A DNA stretch of 50,848 nt, filler included, from Catajapyx aquilonaris (Eukaryota): assembly GCA_000934665.2 (NCBI GenBank). It is 2 parts of 2 records of this genome, joined end to end, with 100 filler letters (N's around TTAATTAATTAA, not from the genome) between each part and the next. Parts side by side here need not be neighbours in the genome. Positions count along the whole stretch, not along the records: positions 25,480 to 50,848 come from KZ539338.1; 1 more part is not named here. One strand, written 5' to 3'. The translations under genes were made by a program, and so were the position numbers. The first letter of the stretch is position 1, and each line of letters opens with the position of its first letter. Below, one piece after another: positions 48,098 to 50,848 of the stretch. The notes under the pieces are model-generated. The model saw only the letters and a program-made list of their open reading frames with translations, ran no database searches and was not told where the DNA came from.

Positions 48098-49860
48098 AAG
48101 CCCAGGAGCATATCCAACATGACATGCTTATCTTTCATATCAGTCTATGTCGTTAATAGTTTGGGTTTCAAAATATTTCACCTCTACAATTTAGATTTGC
48201 ATTGGACATACAACTATCCTGGCGTGAGAGTGACCTGGAGTTCTGACTCACCGTTCAGTTGGGACATGTAGAAAATAGATGGGACATTGTTTAGAGTGTA
48301 TACGGATAGTGCAATCGACCCTGCAGTACCTATGGAAAACAGTTTTCACATACTTGTCTGACTAGAGTCTGACAAACTACTCGTGGTCTGACTTGAACAG
48401 TCATCTCCAGCACGAAAAAGGCAGGTGCTGATAAAAATTCCACAAGAAGAAGGAAAATGCAAAGAAAAATGATATGTTGTGGTTTTTATTTGGCGATACA
48501 AGATAATTTAATGACATTGTCGCTCACTGGTGCGACGTGTCATCACCAGTAATTTCGGAATTAATCTAATGGCTCCTCCATTGCTCATTTTTCCGGATCT
48601 TATGGGTGCTTCTCTCTGAAACTTTTACTTCGTGATGTTAGTGCATTTAGGGGTATATTTTTCCACCACCTAATCCTCCACTATTCATTTCTCCACCGCC
48701 CAATCCTCCACCATTCATTTCTCCAACACCCAATGCTCTTGCAGTTTTCCTTGGCCTCCTTGCAGCTTTCCTTGGCCTCCTTGCAGTTTTCCTTGGCCTC
48801 CTTGCGGTTTTCCTTGGCCTCCTTGCAGTTTTCCTTGGCCTCCTTGCGGTTTTCCTTGGCCTCCTTGCGGTTTTNNNNNNNNNNNNNNNNNNNNNNNNNN
48901 NNNNNNNNNNNNNNNNNNNNNNNNNNNNNNNNNNNNNNNNNNNNNNNNNNNNNNNNNNNNNNNNNNNNNNNNNNNNNNNNNNNNNNNNNNNNNNNNNNNN
49001 NNNNNNNNNNNNNNNNNNNNNNNNNNNNNNNNNNGTAGTTATCCTTGGCTTCCTTGTAGTTATCCTTGGCTTCCTTGTAGTTATCCTTGGCTTCCTTGTA
49101 GTTATCCCTGGCTTCCTTGTAGTTATCCTTGGCTTCCTTGTAGTTATCCTTGGCTTCCTTGTAGTTATCCTTGGCTTACTTGTACTCATTGTCCTCGGCG
49201 GCCACCAGGGATGGAGAGTTGTTGTCGTTGTCGTTGGTACCCTGACTTCCCTCCAAGGATGGGGAGGTGTTGTCGTTGTCGTTGGTTCCCTCCAAGGATG
49301 GGGAGGTGTTGTCGTTGTCGTTGGTTCCCTCCAAGGATGGGGAGGTGTTGTCGTTGTCGTTGGTTCCCTCCAAGGATGGTGAGATGTTGTAGTAGTTGTA
49401 GTAGTCGTTGTTGCTGTTGAATCTGATGGACAACCATTGCAATATACACATTGATGAATTTCCTGGCTGAAGCACATCCCGGGGTGACACATCAAATGAA
49501 GAGGCGTAGCGCCAGTGTCAGAGCACAACACAAACACTCGGCAGTCTGAGGTATTATCCTCCGGGTAGAGTCCTGGTGCCCTGCACTTCGGATTGTGGCG
49601 CTTATGACGTGTATGACCTTCAGAGAAAGATAAACCAAAACTGTTACTGTCTTTATTTTATGTCACTATTACCATGCAAGTAAAGCTATGGCTGTACAGT
49701 ATATATGAAGCGGTTCCTGCCATCCATAGGAGAGGGAATTAACCGAGGGGTAACTGTAAAGTGTACACCGGCGCGGCGTACCAAATTCAATGAGTACCAA
49801 GGAGAACCTGGGAGTACCTATAGAGTAGCTAAGGAGTAACGAAGAGTACCGAAGAGTACC
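48098..49860. repeat. Tandem segmental duplication, copy B (partner 43989-45545)
   Basis: Colinear with copy A, differing mainly in repeat copy numbers within the coding exon. Confidence 0.92.
48647..49617 (-). CDS. Paralogous chitin-binding protein, last exon only (signal-peptide exon not found in window; contains a 160-N gap)
   Basis: Acceptor TCTCTGAAG|GT. Reads GHTRHKRHNPKCRAPGLYPEDNTSDCRVFVLCSDTGATPLHLMCHPGMCFSQEIHQCVYCNGC, then (HPWRE..Tn)4, about 7 visible KPRITTR units, an N gap at 48875-49034, ~7 RRPRKTA units and two GEMN[G/S]GGLGG units. It ends in KIYP* like gene 2. Confidence 0.82.
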
Positions 49861-49893
49861 ACTGCAGGTGTACACCGGAGTACCGACCCTTGG
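49743..49893. mobile_element. Small intronic MITE-like element with GAGTACC repeats
   Basis: Ends CCGAGGG...CCCTTGG are flanked by AATTAA on both sides, with many GAGTAC(C) units inside. A related, more degenerate copy lies at ~45447-45586 in the paralog's intron. Confidence 0.5.
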
Positions 49894-50326
49894 AATTAAC
49901 ACTCTACGCTTACCCCCACCCTGGGTTTCGGGTGTTTCGCTAAGAATTCAATCGATGTTTCGTTGGAATTACGTTGTTGTTGGTTCATTGTGGTGGGTCG
50001 TTCTGGCTATAATCATGACCAACCTATAAAAAAGATCAGGGTAGAAAGAGAGCTCAAATTGAGTAAGACTGAGATATACCATATACTTATATGAATAGAG
50101 AGGTTTTTAGAGAGTGACAGTAAGCGGGAGAATCCCCAGTAAACCCACGCGAATGCATATATCAGGGTGTTTCCTGTAACGCTGTAAAGACTTTCAGGGG
50201 TAAGAGAGGGGACCAAGGCAAGTATTTTTGACATAGGAACCCCTGTCCGAAAACGCCATCGAGCGGGGATTCATAGACAAGGAACGGATGCGCTCAGATG
50301 CGTCAGGCGAGAGGCGCTAGGCGAGA

Positions 50327-50418
50327 GGACTTTAGTTGATAGATGGCGCTAGGATAGTAACCAACGATGCGATGTGCCATAACGTGGCAACAACATAGCC
50401 ATCTAGCAACTAAAGTCC
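50327..50418. repeat. Inverted repeat (21-bp arms), probable MITE core
   Basis: GGACTTTAGTTGATAGATGGC ... GCCATCTAGCAACTAAAGTCC with one mismatch. Confidence 0.65.
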
Positions 50419-50848
50419 GCCTCCTAGGAGGCATAATTTCATTATCCACATAGGCTGGCGAGCCGATGCCGAATCCAAGAGCTTCGGCAAAATGCCGCCA
50501 GGTGGCTGCAAATAAAAAAGGACAATATGCGGGTTTTGCGATGGCGCGCGTTGCACATACTTATAATTTTAACAGCAACCATTTAGCCCGCTATTATGGG
50601 CAGCATATTGACCATAATAATAAAACATTATTATTATTATTATTATTGTCTTTGCGCGGCAGATTTGAATGCGCCAAGACTGATTTCCTTCTCACTCCTC
50701 CTGCAACGCGGGTTTCGGTGCAACAAACGGTCATGTCATTGGTGACCCAAGGTGATGCCATGCCCACGTGATGTCCAGGTGATGCCATGTTAATATTCAG
50801 GTCACATAACGCCCGGTGGAAATAATAAAACATGCGGCCCTTACCAAA

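Overview
Eukaryotic genomic DNA from a draft assembly (N gaps), very probably an arthropod given the TTAGG repeats, spliced peritrophin-type genes and TCAGTC initiator motifs. The first ~40 kb has no recognisable host gene. It holds TAAT-rich non-coding blocks and many transposon relics: tRNA-derived SINEs (some nested, with swapped head and tail modules), a ~1.3 kb foldback element, MITEs, a solo LTR with a CCTT target-site duplication (TSD), a LINE ORF2 fragment, a non-autonomous Helitron spanning an artificial 100-bp gap linker, and a head-to-head (TTAGG)n/(CCTAA)n palindrome. The last ~10 kb carries three minus-strand chitin-binding (CBM14/peritrophin-A-like) genes. They share an unusual 8-Cys domain behind an R-x-K-R site. 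Two have a signal-peptide exon in the window; the third's was not found. Two of the three are recent tandem duplicates whose Thr-, Arg- and Gly-rich tails have diverged by minisatellite expansion. A 184-codon orphan ORF lies inside the cluster. All calls were made by eye; no database searches were run.
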